A stretch of DNA of 64,000 nt from Basidiobolus meristosporus CBS 931.73 (GCA_002104905.1 MCFE01000056.1:62001-126000), one strand, 5' to 3'; numbered from the stretch's first letter, positions 11,589 to 23,002 are shown. A program made the numbers and translations. The notes: generated by a model from the sequence alone, not told the origin.

Positions 11589-13783
11589 TTAGGCAGTGAG
11601 GGTGGTGTGTTCGAAGAGCTTCTCCTTGGGTGTGATCTCGATATCCCCGTAAGGCTCGCTCTGCTTGACTTTCACTACATCCTTGGTTGAAAGGACCAGC
11701 AGTTCGAAGAAGAATTTCACTGCGTCGGTTCGGGTGGCTTGGCCGGCGATGTTGCGGTACTTAAGGTTGGTGGTGGTTTCCATTCCTGGGTCAGCTGCCT
11801 TCTGAATCTCGCTTCGAAGCAAGTTCATGGTTTTGACGGTGGATTTACTGAACGCTGCTTCGGTGCCTGCTTCGGGCTCTTCGATTTCCTCGGCGTCAAA
11901 GATTTCAGATCGGCCCAAGTCTTGAGCGGTATGTTCACTGATGAATGGCTGTTCGGCAGAGATGGAAAGTGCGGGAGAAGCGGGGACCTGGGGTATTTCC
12001 TGTAGAAATTTGGTTATTCTAATCTGTTGATCAGATTCGATGTGGCGCAGGAGCCTTACCTCGCCACCTTCTTCAGTACGCGCTTGCTCGGCAGAAATTT
12101 GCTCCTCGTGCTCAATACCGAAGATTTCGTCCTCGATGGGTGCAGGCTCACCCAAATCAATGCCAGAGGTTTCTGGCTCCTCAACAGGAACAGAAGGCAT
12201 CAGCTCTTCCTCGACTAAGAAATGGGTTAATATCATCCACATGTACTCGACTAACGTAGACAGTACTTACTGTCCAATCCAAATGCCTCTCTGGATTCCT
12301 CAGCATCAGGCACTGTTTGTTGATCCTTGACCAAGTCCCTTGTGAATAAGCCCATCAACTCGGGCACCATATTCTGTGGGCCACCGAGCGACAAATAATA
12401 CTGGGCTCCCTCGTCCTGGATTTGCTTCAGCCTCATCATTTTCTTGGAGACTGGAAGGTAGACCTCCTCTTGGGTGATGTCCGAAGTGTCTCTGAGCTGG
12501 CCGGAAATGTGGTCGCTGGGAAGCTCAATCACCTGATCAACAATGAGCTTTCTTTTTCTGGTCTGTCTGGAGATGATCCTTGCTGGTGCTACCATAGCTG
12601 GTGCTTCAAGCATGCTTTGCTCTACAATATTGAGGCGACTTTAACTTAATGTCCAATCCACCACAACCGTTACAATGATTCTACCTTGTTCTGGAATTTC
12701 CTCTTCGGGTGCACCCTGCTCTACAGCTACAGGCTCTTCGGGGCTAAAGAGGGATAAGTTAAAGAGGCTTCAAGAGTCAACCAGCGGTGACATACTAACC
12801 GATCCAAACCAAGGTCCATATCGTCAAACAAATTCTCCTCTCCAGGCTTCGCCTCAAAGGAAAACTCTGGAAGTTCGCCCAGTGGCTCCATTCCAGGCTT
12901 TCCTTCGTCCAGAGTAATATCACCGGGGCCATCGATGGAGAAGGACAACTCTGGCTGGGCATCTCGACCGACTTCAATATCCATGGTGGAATCGTCGCCC
13001 AGCAGAGCGGGACGGAAATCGTCTTCCAAACCAAGGTCCAACTCTCTTCCCTCCTCAACTTCGAAACCCTGACCGAACAAATCATCCCGTCCTAAGCCCA
13101 CGTCGATGGTGGCAGCGCCTAGGCCTTCCTGTAGGGTGATATCTTGTGGGCGAGAGACGATTTGGCTTTCTTGTGTGGGGGCCTCCAGAGCTTCCCAGTT
13201 TCTGGACAATTCGTAACCGTCAGTAAGAGTCAAAGCATCGGCAACGAAAAGTGCTACTCACTGAAGGTTGAAATCGGGGTCAGGTAACAAGATGTCGAAC
13301 TCGGTAATGTTATCGGCGAGAGTGATGGTATTGAAGCTAGCTACTGCTTGTTCACTAGGCATATCAACCATACCGGGCCTAAAAGCCTAGAGTTTGGTTG
13401 CGTTAGTTTACCGCTGCCAAAAGTGCCAACCGTCCGACTCCGGGGGCGGGGAACGTACCATTTTGATTTTGACTAACGCTTCGTTACAGTCTTCAAGTAG
13501 GTATCTGGCTTTACGAGAATAAATCCTGACAACACCAAGTAGAAGTTGTCCCGACAAACGTAAGGCCAGAGGGGGTTGGTCACCACCCACGATTGCACCT
13601 GTGAAAACAATCGGTATAAGCGAGGGCCCAGGTAGCCATCTACAGGGGGGATCACTTACCAACTGAAGATTGAATGTTGGCCTGAAGGAATTGGGCTTTA
13701 CTAAGCTTCCGCTCCCAATGAGCGGCTAGCCACACCTTCGCCAGCGGGCCTTTTTTGGACAAGATCGCTTCTGAATAAAACAT
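11589..13783 (-). CDS. RAD21: Cohesin kleisin Rad21/Scc1/Mcd1, multi-exon
   Basis: N-terminus [29 protein letters not shown]...[27 protein letters not shown] (intron 13659-13599). C-terminal winged helix [14 protein letters not shown]...[12 protein letters not shown]. Acidic central linker. Internal exon boundaries are only partly resolved. Confidence 0.93.
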
Positions 13784-14266
13784 GCTGGTTTCTATTTACT
13801 GACAAGTAAACCAAAAATCGAACTGGTCCGCAGGAGGATAACTGTGGTTTAAAAAGGTCAAAAAGTCCCTCACACGCTAACGCGACCGTAAGGAGATAAG
13901 CAAGAAGATTGCGGGATTCGCTGGATATAAGCTCTATAGGTGTCGCGAAATATCGTGTCAATTTGGATCACCTAACTCGGCGGACTTCTGGGTGGGCTGA
14001 TTGGCCGACGTTGGTATATATATCTTTATTAATAACAAACTGTAAGTCAACCGATCGTTTAGGAAATCCCCTCGACGACTACGGTCAACTGTGCATCGGG
14101 TTTCTTGTTTGCTCGAATGTATCATATAAACATATTCGACTGGATTCATTGGGCCAGCCGTTCAAGGAATAGGTGACACAGTAGATGGAATGTACATTGG
14201 GTATCAAAAGATAATGGACTATTTATTGCCTGAAATGTGGTTTAACTTTAATTCAAATCAATGCAT

Positions 14267-14870
14267 CTAGGCGGTGGCTTCCTCCTTCTTCTCCTCTTCC
14301 TTGGAGGCCTCCTCGCTGTTAAAGCAAAGGTTTAGCACGTGTCGCATAAAGAATATCCATTAATGCTACTCTTACAAGTTCTCGACAAGTTCGGGGACTT
14401 CTTCGTCGTTCTCCTCGGCGATAGCTCCCTCGGCTTGTTGGTAAGCTTCGGCGAGTCTGCGAAGGCTGGCAAGGGACTCGGGGCCGAGTTGGTGGAGGAT
14501 TCCGGGAATGAGCTCGGTGAGTTCCTTGTCTTCACCCTTACCAGAGATCACGAAAGTGTTGGATTGGATGGAAGCAGCAACTATAAGCATAAAACATGAG
14601 GTTGATTAGCTTCGTTGGACGCGATCGAGGTCTCGTGAGTCATTCTGTACCCTTGGGAGAGGTGAAGTGGAGGACCTTTCCGTCATCCTTGAACATGTTG
14701 ACTTCGTCAATGGCAGGGATAGGTTGGACGTTGAGCTTCTTGATAACTCCTTGAAGCTTCTTGTCGTCGGTACCGGCAGCCTTGGTGGCCTTCTTGACCT
14801 TACGGCGGGGAGTTCCCTTACCACCGATACGGACTTGGGATTGCAATTTGGCGAGTTTTTCGGGGTTCAT
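14267..14870 (-). CDS. EGD1: Nascent polypeptide-associated complex subunit beta (BTF3), spliced; probable additional 5'-UTR intron
   Basis: [33 protein letters not shown]-type segment, [35 protein letters not shown] at 14269-14267. An upstream GTATGT...GCTAAC...TAG intron ends just before the ATG. Confidence 0.93.
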
Positions 14871-15196
14871 GTTCGATTCTAAGACGTGCAAAGGGGATGG
14901 GTTAGCGCTCGGTCGTGCGGGTCGACTGGGAATTGGATGGATTCAACGCGACATCATGATTGATTCAACATACCGTTTACCAACAACCTTAAAGGATGGC
15001 CTCAAGAAAGGGTTAGGAAAGAGTGGATAATGTGGTGTTTGATTGCTTCAAATCCCTTTTCCGGGGTGCACCCCTATTTTCGGGAGGCACGGCTGATTCT
15101 ACTAGATCTCAAAAATCATCTTCGTCATCCAAAAGTCAATTCGTGCTAAATCATGCTCCTGATATACTCAAATGTTGTCAAGACGCAAAAAAAAAT

Positions 15197-15278
15197 TGAT
15201 GAGAGTGGGGTTCGAACCCACGCCTCCGAAGAGACTGCGACCTGAACGCAGCGCCTTAGACCACTCGGCCATCTCACC
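15197..15278 (-). tRNA. tRNA-Leu(CAG), intronless
   Basis: GGTGAGATGGCCGAGTGGTCTAAGGCGCTGCGTT-CAG-GTCGCAG, long variable arm, GGTTCGAACCC T-loop, followed by an oligo-T terminator. Confidence 0.96.
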
Positions 15279-15636
15279 TTGCGTTTTTCGTGATCTAAAT
15301 TGGAACACCAATATTGTATTTCCAACTCTGCCATTTTGCAACTAGTATTCTACCTTAATCCAATGCTCAATACTTGCGGATGACATACTACCATTTCCTG
15401 TCGAAATAAACCAGCACTAGCCTTGTAAAAGTTCAACACAGGATCAGATTGGATTACTTTCTATTGATTTAATAATCAAACAATCTTGAAGCACGCTGTA
15501 TTGTGCTGTCCTTCAAGTACTTGAAATTTATAAGTAGGCGTACTAAAATATATCAGACGCTTAAATTTAAATAAGTACACAAGTACAGGTCGTACTACAT
15601 ATTTGATTTGATTGTTGAATAATAGGTGGGTAATAT

Positions 15637-15864
15637 CAAGCTGTCAGAATGTGCAAACCGTCCTCGCCAGGCTGTTGGAATAATCAACCGGCAAGTTCAT
15701 CAACTGAGTAGGTCCTATGGTCCCGAAGGTCCGATCGGTCACTACTCACACTTCCCTTTACGGACAGCGCACTACATCTCATCTACCAGCTTGGTATTAG
15801 TGTCTTTGTTGGGAAACAAAGACTGGGAATGTACTATATACATAATCCTGTAAAGTACAGTCGT
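15637..15864 (-). ncRNA. U3 snoRNA, copy 1 (~228 nt)
   Basis: Minus strand begins ACGACTGTACTTTACAGGATTATGTATATAG (box A'/A-like). It has box C' GATGAG, box C TGATGA and box D CTGA, with a terminal stem CAAGCTG/CAGCTTG flanking C' and D. Length is typical of U3. Confidence 0.88.
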
Positions 15865-15890
15865 GAGGAACAACCCATACACACGCGCCA

Positions 15891-15898
15891 TATTTATA
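15891..15898 (-). promoter_or_regulatory. TATA box of U3 copy 1
   Basis: TATAAATA 27-34 nt upstream of the U3 5' end, at the same spacing as for copy 2. Confidence 0.7.
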
Positions 15899-16340
15899 CT
15901 TTCCACTCCGAAAAAATTTTCTCCAACGGACGGAAAAAATCGACGATTCGATTGCAAACATTTCCTATCCCACACCAAATCGATCCATCACGCATAACCA
16001 AACGACATATTTGGGCGGATGTGGGGGAATTTTTGGATGCTCAATCAACACTCCTTCGAAGTCTCGTGTGGCAAGTGATGTGGATTTGAATGTTGACATT
16101 ACCGTAATGGAACAACCAAATCTTGACGTGATTGTGTTATGAATACCATGATAGTGATATCATCGTACCTAACCCCAAGTCTTACAAAGTATCCCAGAGT
16201 GCTTCATATGTTTCTTGAGCTTATTACCTACTATTGTTGTCTTTACGGCAATCGACTCTTTACAAAACGTTCCTTGAGCTTGTAGCGAGATATCAATCAG
16301 ACTTTTCAAGTGTCCAAAATTCAATGGCACAAAAGAACTA

Positions 16341-16413
16341 CGACCCAGGTGGGGGTCGAACCCACGACTTTCTCCTCCGGAGGGAGACACTCTTTCCACT
16401 GAGCTACAGGGCC
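16341..16413 (-). tRNA. tRNA-Arg(CCG)
   Basis: 73-nt cloverleaf with anticodon arm TCTCC-CT-CCG-GA-GGAGA, T-arm GTGGG-TTCGACC-CCCAC and A20 in the D-loop. One T-T mismatch in the acceptor stem; TTTT lies downstream. Confidence 0.88.
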
Positions 16414-17171
16414 ACTCATTTATTTTTGTTGCCAAGTTCTAATTTGATAAACCGGAAGCATGGTGACTAGGATAACCAATTGATTCTCGATGAACTGTCT
16501 ATGTTAAACGAGTATTATATAGCACATGTCTAAATTGACTGTTCCCTACTTTGAGTACAGTATTCCTTGAACAATGGTTCTTTTGGTTGAAGCCTTTATT
16601 CAAAAAGGCTGAATGTTGCACTAAATATTATTGAATGCCAATAAAGGAAGATTATAAGGGGTTTCAATCGTACCTAGAATTTTCACATTAATCTATGCCT
16701 GAAGATATGGCTAAGCATCCGATTTACGCAACGTATTTCTGTAGTCACTAGGGCCGAACAAATTTAGAACCTAAGTAGAAGTGCTAGTTCTCATGTGGAT
16801 ATAAATGATGGGTTTCCGGCTCGAAAAAACGTACCATTGGACTCAGACCTCTTGTACGTGAGTAGTATTTTATTTCTACGTGAAGAAAGACCACATACAT
16901 TTCGTGCTTTGTCTCCTCTATTGCATAGACTAATAGGTTGACCCACCGATGTATATTTGGTAATAGAAGTGGGGCGTGCGCTGAGTAACTACCCAACCCA
17001 AAATACTTCACTTGAATATTCACCCGTGCTGATAATCAACACCGGTTCAATATATCAGCTATCCACTTGGTACACTAGCCACTATCTCAGTTGAGCGCAA
17101 ATGGTGAAGAGCATGAATCACAATTCATGTGCAGACGAAAAATGTCTACTGTCTTTCGAGAAGAAAATGTC

Positions 17172-17253
17172 TGATGAGAGTGGGGTTCGAACCCACGCCT
17201 CCGGAGAGACTGCGACCTGAACGCAGCGCCTTAGACCACTCGGCCATCTCACC
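17172..17253 (-). tRNA. tRNA-Leu(CAG), second copy
   Basis: Identical to 15197-15278 except for one variable-arm base. Confidence 0.96.
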
Positions 17254-18270
17254 ATCCTGTTTGGATTACCAACTTAAATAGGTCTTCAGAATAAGGGGTA
17301 GGCTGAAGTCGTGCCCATCGCTCACTTTGTTCAAATATCAACCAATGCTGTAAATGACTGTCGATCTTGTCAGATATTTGGATATTATTCGGACACCAAT
17401 CTATCACTAATTTATCACTAAATACTTTTTCAAGTATACAGTGTATAAGACTTCGGGAGAATCACCAGCAAGCCAGCCTCGTACACAGGTATCTTCGCAC
17501 CCAGACTCCGGGGTAACCTTTACTATAGATACAACTGGGAAGTGTATTAACGTATCCACTTGAATTGTGTGAAGAGCCATCTTATGTGAGTCTTGGATGG
17601 TTTATATCTTGTCTCACTGTACCTTGCTCTGGGTACACTATCATTTCATTCGATGTGGTTGTGCCACTAGTTAGAGACCTGATTCCAAAAGACTAACTTT
17701 TGTGTTGTACTAAATATTATTGCATGTCATTGTCGTGGTATCAGGGCCTCTTGACATTCTGCTGATACCTGCCACTTCCTATTGCTGTATTTGTGAGCGT
17801 TCGAACCTATGAGAGGTACACTTGAATTTCTATCTTTACCGTGTTAGAAGGACAAGTATTTTGTATCTATCTAATGTGCAGTACTGGTGAATCAGTAGCC
17901 CCAGTGTCTAACTAGCACTAGCCTCATGTAGTTCAGCATAGACTCAACTTGGAGATGTTGTGTTGACTACTGACTCAATCAGCTAATGTTGCTGATTAAA
18001 AACCGTATACACCCGATCATTCTATCGATTTAAACATGCTTAAGTAATGTTCTAGTAGTATTCATAGAACTGATATTAGATATTAGATGGGTAATATTGT
18101 GCGGATTACTGGCCCAATTATCAATTATACGCGTGTGTAAATGAGCATTCATCAATCACGCGATAGATTTGACACTATACCATCGTAGTTGCGGCATAGA
18201 TATTCCAATTTATCATTTAGCCAAAATTCTTGTAATTTGGTTTGTTTGTTGAATAAAAGGTGGGTAATAT

Positions 18271-18498
18271 CAAGCTGTCAGAATGTGCAAACCGTCCTCG
18301 CCAGGCTGTTGGAATAATCAACCGGCAAGTTCATCAACTGAGTAGGTCCTATGGTCCCGAAGGTCCGATCGGTCACTACTCACACTTCCCTTTACGGACA
18401 GCGCACTACATCTCATCTACCAGCTTGGTATTAGTGTCTTTGTTGGGAAACAAAGACTGGGAATGTACTATATACATAATCCTGTAAAGTACAGTCGT
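18271..18498 (-). ncRNA. U3 snoRNA, copy 2
   Basis: By eye identical to 15637-15864. Similarity extends ~25 nt past the 3' end and stops abruptly at the 5' end. Confidence 0.88.
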
Positions 18499-18524
18499 AA
18501 GGAAACATCTAACCGCAAACCGGT

Positions 18525-18532
18525 CTTTTATA
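18525..18532 (-). promoter_or_regulatory. TATA box of U3 copy 2
   Basis: TATAAAAG 27-34 nt upstream of the U3 5' end. Confidence 0.7.
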
Positions 18533-18743
18533 CCTTTGGTAGAGGAAAATATTCTGACAATGGGGAAAAATAACCCTTATCCCATCAACACCATATTTAC
18601 AATCACCCACAAAATTAACCAAATCAGGTATAGGTTAGGCAGAGTTTGATGGTCTAGTCCCTTCGCTTGTCAGTAAAAGCGAAGTCATGTATCATTCTTT
18701 CCCAAATCATTGACTTCTCCTTCACTCAAGATACCTTCCCAGT

Positions 18744-19048
18744 ATGCATCCTCATTTGGCCAAACATAAGCTCAGAGATTGTTTGGAGGCCATTTATGAC
18801 CTTGAGGAATGTCACATAGAGCACCCCTATGGTAAGTACTTTGGAATCTGCAACTCCTTCAAGAATGCCCTGAATGGTTGCCTAGGTGAAGAGGTTTGTA
18901 TCGTTGTTTATTCTCGTCACTCAATAGAAATAAGAAAACTCATTGATATTCTTAGTTTGACGAAAGACGTAAGCTCAACGCTGCCAACGCCCGTGCAAAG
19001 AGAGAGAGAGTGGAGAATGTTTGGAAAGAGATCGACGAAGAGGAGTAG
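18744..19048 (+). CDS. CMC2: Twin CX9C mitochondrial COX assembly protein Cmc2; exons 18744-18893 and 18956-19048; 80 aa
   Basis: MHPHLAKHKLRDC-x9-C...KYFGIC-x9-C, then spliced to FDERRKLNAANARAKRERVENVWKEIDEEE*. Confidence 0.85.
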
Positions 19049-19248
19049 ACTCCTTTGGCATATGACCCAAGCATCGTTAGATGTGCATTGTACATTTACT
19101 TGAGCCTACAACCCAAAACATCACCCGCTATCTACCAAAAAAATTATTCCATGTTGGGCTATTCCGTAATCATTTGATCACGAATGACCATCAACACGTC
19201 TAATAAACTCCCTTTCCAGCTGGTATCTCTTCAGTTTGTATTCTTCTC

Positions 19249-19730
19249 ATGCAAGACAGCCATCTGATACCAAAGGTTCGTATCTCCCTCTCAAGTGTGC
19301 ATTCTATTTGCAGCAATAACTGTGGTATGTTTAGTTCACCCAGATCTATGATGAACAGACGCAGACGTGGAAGTATCCTACTGTTCACTACCTGTTTCAG
19401 GACGAGGGGTTACCCGAAGAGCTAGATAACGAGCAGTGCATTGTGGTGGATTTGTCTGAGGATGGTGAACATGTGTCCCAGGTGCGCTCATATAGCTCTA
19501 GTTTCCAGGTTACCGAATGCCGAACCACTGTCAACACCTCGAAAACCGACAAGAAAGAGACCACCTTGAACCTCACCATCCACGGGATCTCCAAACGGAA
19601 AAACGTGGAGTTGCCGCTGGAAGACTCCCTGGAGCCGCACCAGTTTAACGCCAATATTGATAGCATGATGAATTCTTTCTTAGCTAGACAGAGTTATCTC
19701 AAGAAAGCTTTTATAAATCAACAACCATAA
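19249..19730 (+). CDS. Hypothetical 137-aa protein resembling Atg31; exons 19249-19275 and 19344-19730
   Basis: Spliced product MQDSHLIPK-IYDEQTQTWKYPTVHYLFQDE...CIVVDLSEDG..VSQVRSYSSSFQV...LNLTIHGIS...MMNSFLARQSYLKKAF. The motif order recalls Atg31 (PTNIKYIFEDD...VIIVQLDE.G...L+.LY..QN.QL). The family assignment is from memory only. Confidence 0.5.
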
Positions 19731-19858
19731 ATTCCCCTCAAACCAACCTCAAATTGTGACTTGCCCAAACTAATTAATCAATGTGGATAATTTTATGTGA
19801 ACACCTCTGAATTTATAGCCCAGCATTGGTGTGGCTTCGTTTGATCAACCACTTTCCC

Positions 19859-21334
19859 ATGAGCTTCCTCTTTAAGCCTAAACCAAAGTCCCCTCAATTA
19901 ATTGTACAGAGCGTGAGGGATTCCCTTTATCGTATCGATGGCCCAGACTGGAAGAAGGTCTGATTCATTTCCTCTCATCTGGGTGTCAGTTGCTTTGTTT
20001 AGCTCATGTCGCTATGTTCGTTGTAGGCCACTGACGAGGTGACGAAAACCCTGCAAATCCTGAGGGAGATGTTGAAAGAGGGCGACGGTACACACTTGGG
20101 TTAAACCTTCCTTCCACTCTATTTGCTTATGCAACTCCAACCTCATTCAGCCACGCAGGTTGCGCAAGAGATACATAAAGCGGATCTCTTGCAACTTCTC
20201 ATCCTGAAACTGCCCAGTCTTGAGTTCGAGGTAAATGCGACAGCAACTCTCACCAACCTGTTCACATGCGCTTACACAAAGCGGTAGACGAAAAAAGACG
20301 TGGTCAGCATATTCGGTCTACTCTTGCGAAGCCAGCTTGGTCATAGACACCCGACCGTTGATTATCTTTCGGAAAATCGCACACGCTGTTCGCCATACTT
20401 CACGGGTACGTACACCATCGTTGGCCGTAGTCCAGCAGGTTGATTAACTTTGCCCCAGCTTTGACAACCCCGAGATCGCATTGAACTGTGGCACGATACT
20501 GAAGGATTGTGTGAAATACCCGCCTCTGACCAAAGTGCTGCTAGATAGTCCGGAGTTTTATAAATTTTTCAAATACATTCAATCAGATACCTTTGACATC
20601 TCAAGCAATGCATTCTCCACATTCAAGGTGAGCTCAACAAACATACCTCCTGCTCCTCCGATGGTAACCGTCATATCCAGGATATCCTGACCCGCCAGAA
20701 AGAGTTATCCTCCACATTCCTAGTAAAGGAATATGACAAAGTAAGTGGGCATGTATCTGCATTGACGCCAGTGAAAGCTAACCACCCATCAGTTCTTTGA
20801 GCACTTCTATCAGCTGTTAATGTCCGCCAACTACGTGACCAAACGACAGTCGTTAAAGGTAATGGTACAACGAGGAAGGCAAGGCCCGATTTCGCGACTA
20901 ACCCGACGCATAGCTTTTGTCGGAGATCCTGATGAGCCGTACGAATTTTGAGGTGATGACCAGGTTTATTGGATGTCCAGAGAATCTGAAGACGATCATG
21001 AACCTACTCCATGACCCAAGCAAGAGCGTCCAGATCGAAGCGTACCATGTGTTTAAGGTACTGGCTACACTCATCCACCCCAAGCCTCCCTAACACCCCA
21101 CCCCCACCAGGTCTTCGTTGCCAACCCGCACAAACCACCTGCAATCGCCGAGATCCTGCGAAAGAATCAGGAGAAATTGGTGGCCTACCTCAATAATCTA
21201 AGCGATGGTCGAAACGGTAAGGGCCAGGGCGTTTATGCGGCCGTTGATCTGGTTGATTAATTCTCTACTTAGATGAGATGAAGTTTAACGAGGAAAAGAC
21301 CTACCTGCTCCGAATCATTCACCAATTAACGTGA
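19859..21334 (+). CDS. HYM1: Mo25/Hym1 (CAB39) scaffold protein, multi-intron; apparent 1-nt deletion near 20378
   Basis: MSFLFKPKPKSP, KKDVVSIF...RHPTVDY, FDNPEIALNCG, FDISSNAFSTFK, NYVTKRQSLKLLSEIL, EAYHVFKVFVANP, KFNEEKTYLLRII. The frame breaks between VDYLSEN and the expected PHTLFAILHG. Confidence 0.92.
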
Positions 21335-21355
21335 ATCAATGCTTTCACCCCATCA

Positions 21356-21400
21356 TCCCCCCTCACCCCTCACCCCTCACCCTCACCCTCCCCTCACCCT
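21356..21400 (+). repeat. Imperfect (CCCTCA/CCCCTCA)n microsatellite just 3' of HYM1
   Basis: CCCCCCTCACCCCTCACCCCTCACCCTCACCCTCCCCTCACCCT. Confidence 0.8.
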
Positions 21401-21545
21401 ACTGTTGCGGATGCTGAAGAAAAATTAGATCAGGTCCCCAGTCAGAATTTTATTAAAAGAAGTGCCGGATTGTTCGGCAACTCCCTTTCTTTTGATTCTT
21501 GCGAATAAACGAATCTTTCTTCCTTCGTTTCGCATTCATATTACC

Positions 21546-22128
21546 ATGAAGTAGGTGGAGTTCATTGCAGCTAGATGAGAACCATCCATCAACCCCTAAC
21601 CCATCGACTTCCTCTAGGATCGAACTCTGCTCCTTCTCCGGCTACAAGATCTACCCTGGTCATGGTAGACTCTTCGTTCGTTCTGACAGCAAAGTAAGTC
21701 CCCATCCCATCTCATCGCCTCAGTGGAGCCACGTTGGCTAACCGGATGGCCCCTAGGTTTTCCGCTTTGTTGACTCCAAGACCGAGTCCCTCTTCCAACA
21801 ACGCATGAACCCCCGTAAAATCAGCTGGACCGTTGTCTTCCGTCGCATGCACAAGAAGGGTATCACCGAGGAAGTCGCCAAGAAGCGTACCCGTCGTACC
21901 GTCAAGCACCAACGTGCCGTCGTCGGTGCCTCCTGGGAAGCTATCCGCGCCAAGCGTAACCAAAAGCCTGAGGTTCGTGCTGCTGCTCGTCAAGCCGCCA
22001 TCCGCGATGCCAAGGACAAGAAGAAGGCCGAACAGACCAAGAAGAAGGAGATCCGTGCTTCTCAACCCAAGATCTCCAAGCAACAAGCCAAGGGTGCCCG
22101 TCCCGTTGTTGCCGCCAAGAGCCGTTAA
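21546..22128 (+). CDS. RPL24: 60S ribosomal protein L24 (eL24), 2 introns
   Basis: ATG AA|intron|G gives [27 protein letters not shown]|VFRF...[18 protein letters not shown]...[11 protein letters not shown], with a Lys/Ala-rich tail. Confidence 0.96.
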
Positions 22129-23002
22129 GAGGTGTTCGGAACTTTAAATAAACTCTACCGAGACCTCGTTCTCGTTATGTCGTAGATGGTGATTTTGTGT
22201 GTAAGTTCTAGGAATGGCTGGGTTGTCTGTACGTACATCGTGGAAGGGAAGGGTGCGCTTTTGAAAATGACGTATGGGTTGTAGTATTCACACGGATTAG
22301 CTGTTTCTATTCACTACTCGCTCCTAGTCCTAATCCTACGATATTGCTACAGTCACTTCATCTATCTCCTGGCACCTTGAGGTAGATGGTGTAAGGGATA
22401 CATTATTGCGTCGATTATTTATCAGTGATTTTATATTAAATTGATGGATTAAGACAGCGTGGATACTCTGTGGTTTGCAGTAATATTGAGAAGAGCGATA
22501 GTCCCCCGAAATCGCTCAAACTCTACCATTGCTATGGATTACTCTCCCAAAAACTACCAGAGAATCCTATGCTACGCTTAAGCGTAACTACTTCTGTCAT
22601 CGTAACACGGTTGTTCCTATAATTACTCTACTACTTCTCGACTATTTTATTGGCAGTGAAACGTGCTAGATTAAGTTGGCCATGAAAAGCTGTGCGAGAG
22701 GTCTATACATTATTGATAATGAGGTAAATTCTATGTTTGCACCTAAATATTTATGTTCAGTGAGTCCAATATATACTAGCATAAGGACTTTACCATCTCC
22801 TGACCAAACTACCTTTTGAAATATATGCTAGGAAAAGTTTCTCTATAATGTCAGATATATAGAATATACCTCTTGATGTTTTTTAAAAGGCCCCAAACCT
22901 GGTAAGCATGCGCATCCGGTGAACATTTTCCTTGACATCACATTTAAAGGTATATTAGTTACTCACTCTTTCATTTGGTCACCAACTGAGCATCATGAAC
23001 TC

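Noticed and set aside
13640-13659. Apparent 20-nt micro-intron in RAD21 (GTAAGT...CTGTAG)
   Set aside because: Using that acceptor shifts the frame to a stop. The 61-nt intron (13659-13599) restores the conserved kleisin sequence.
15146-18487. ORFs at 15146-15334, 15626-15853, 16169-16435, 16234-16470 and 18260-18487, including a duplicated 75-aa 'protein'
   Set aside because: They overlap tRNA or U3 genes; the identical 75-aa ORFs are antisense readings of the two U3 copies.
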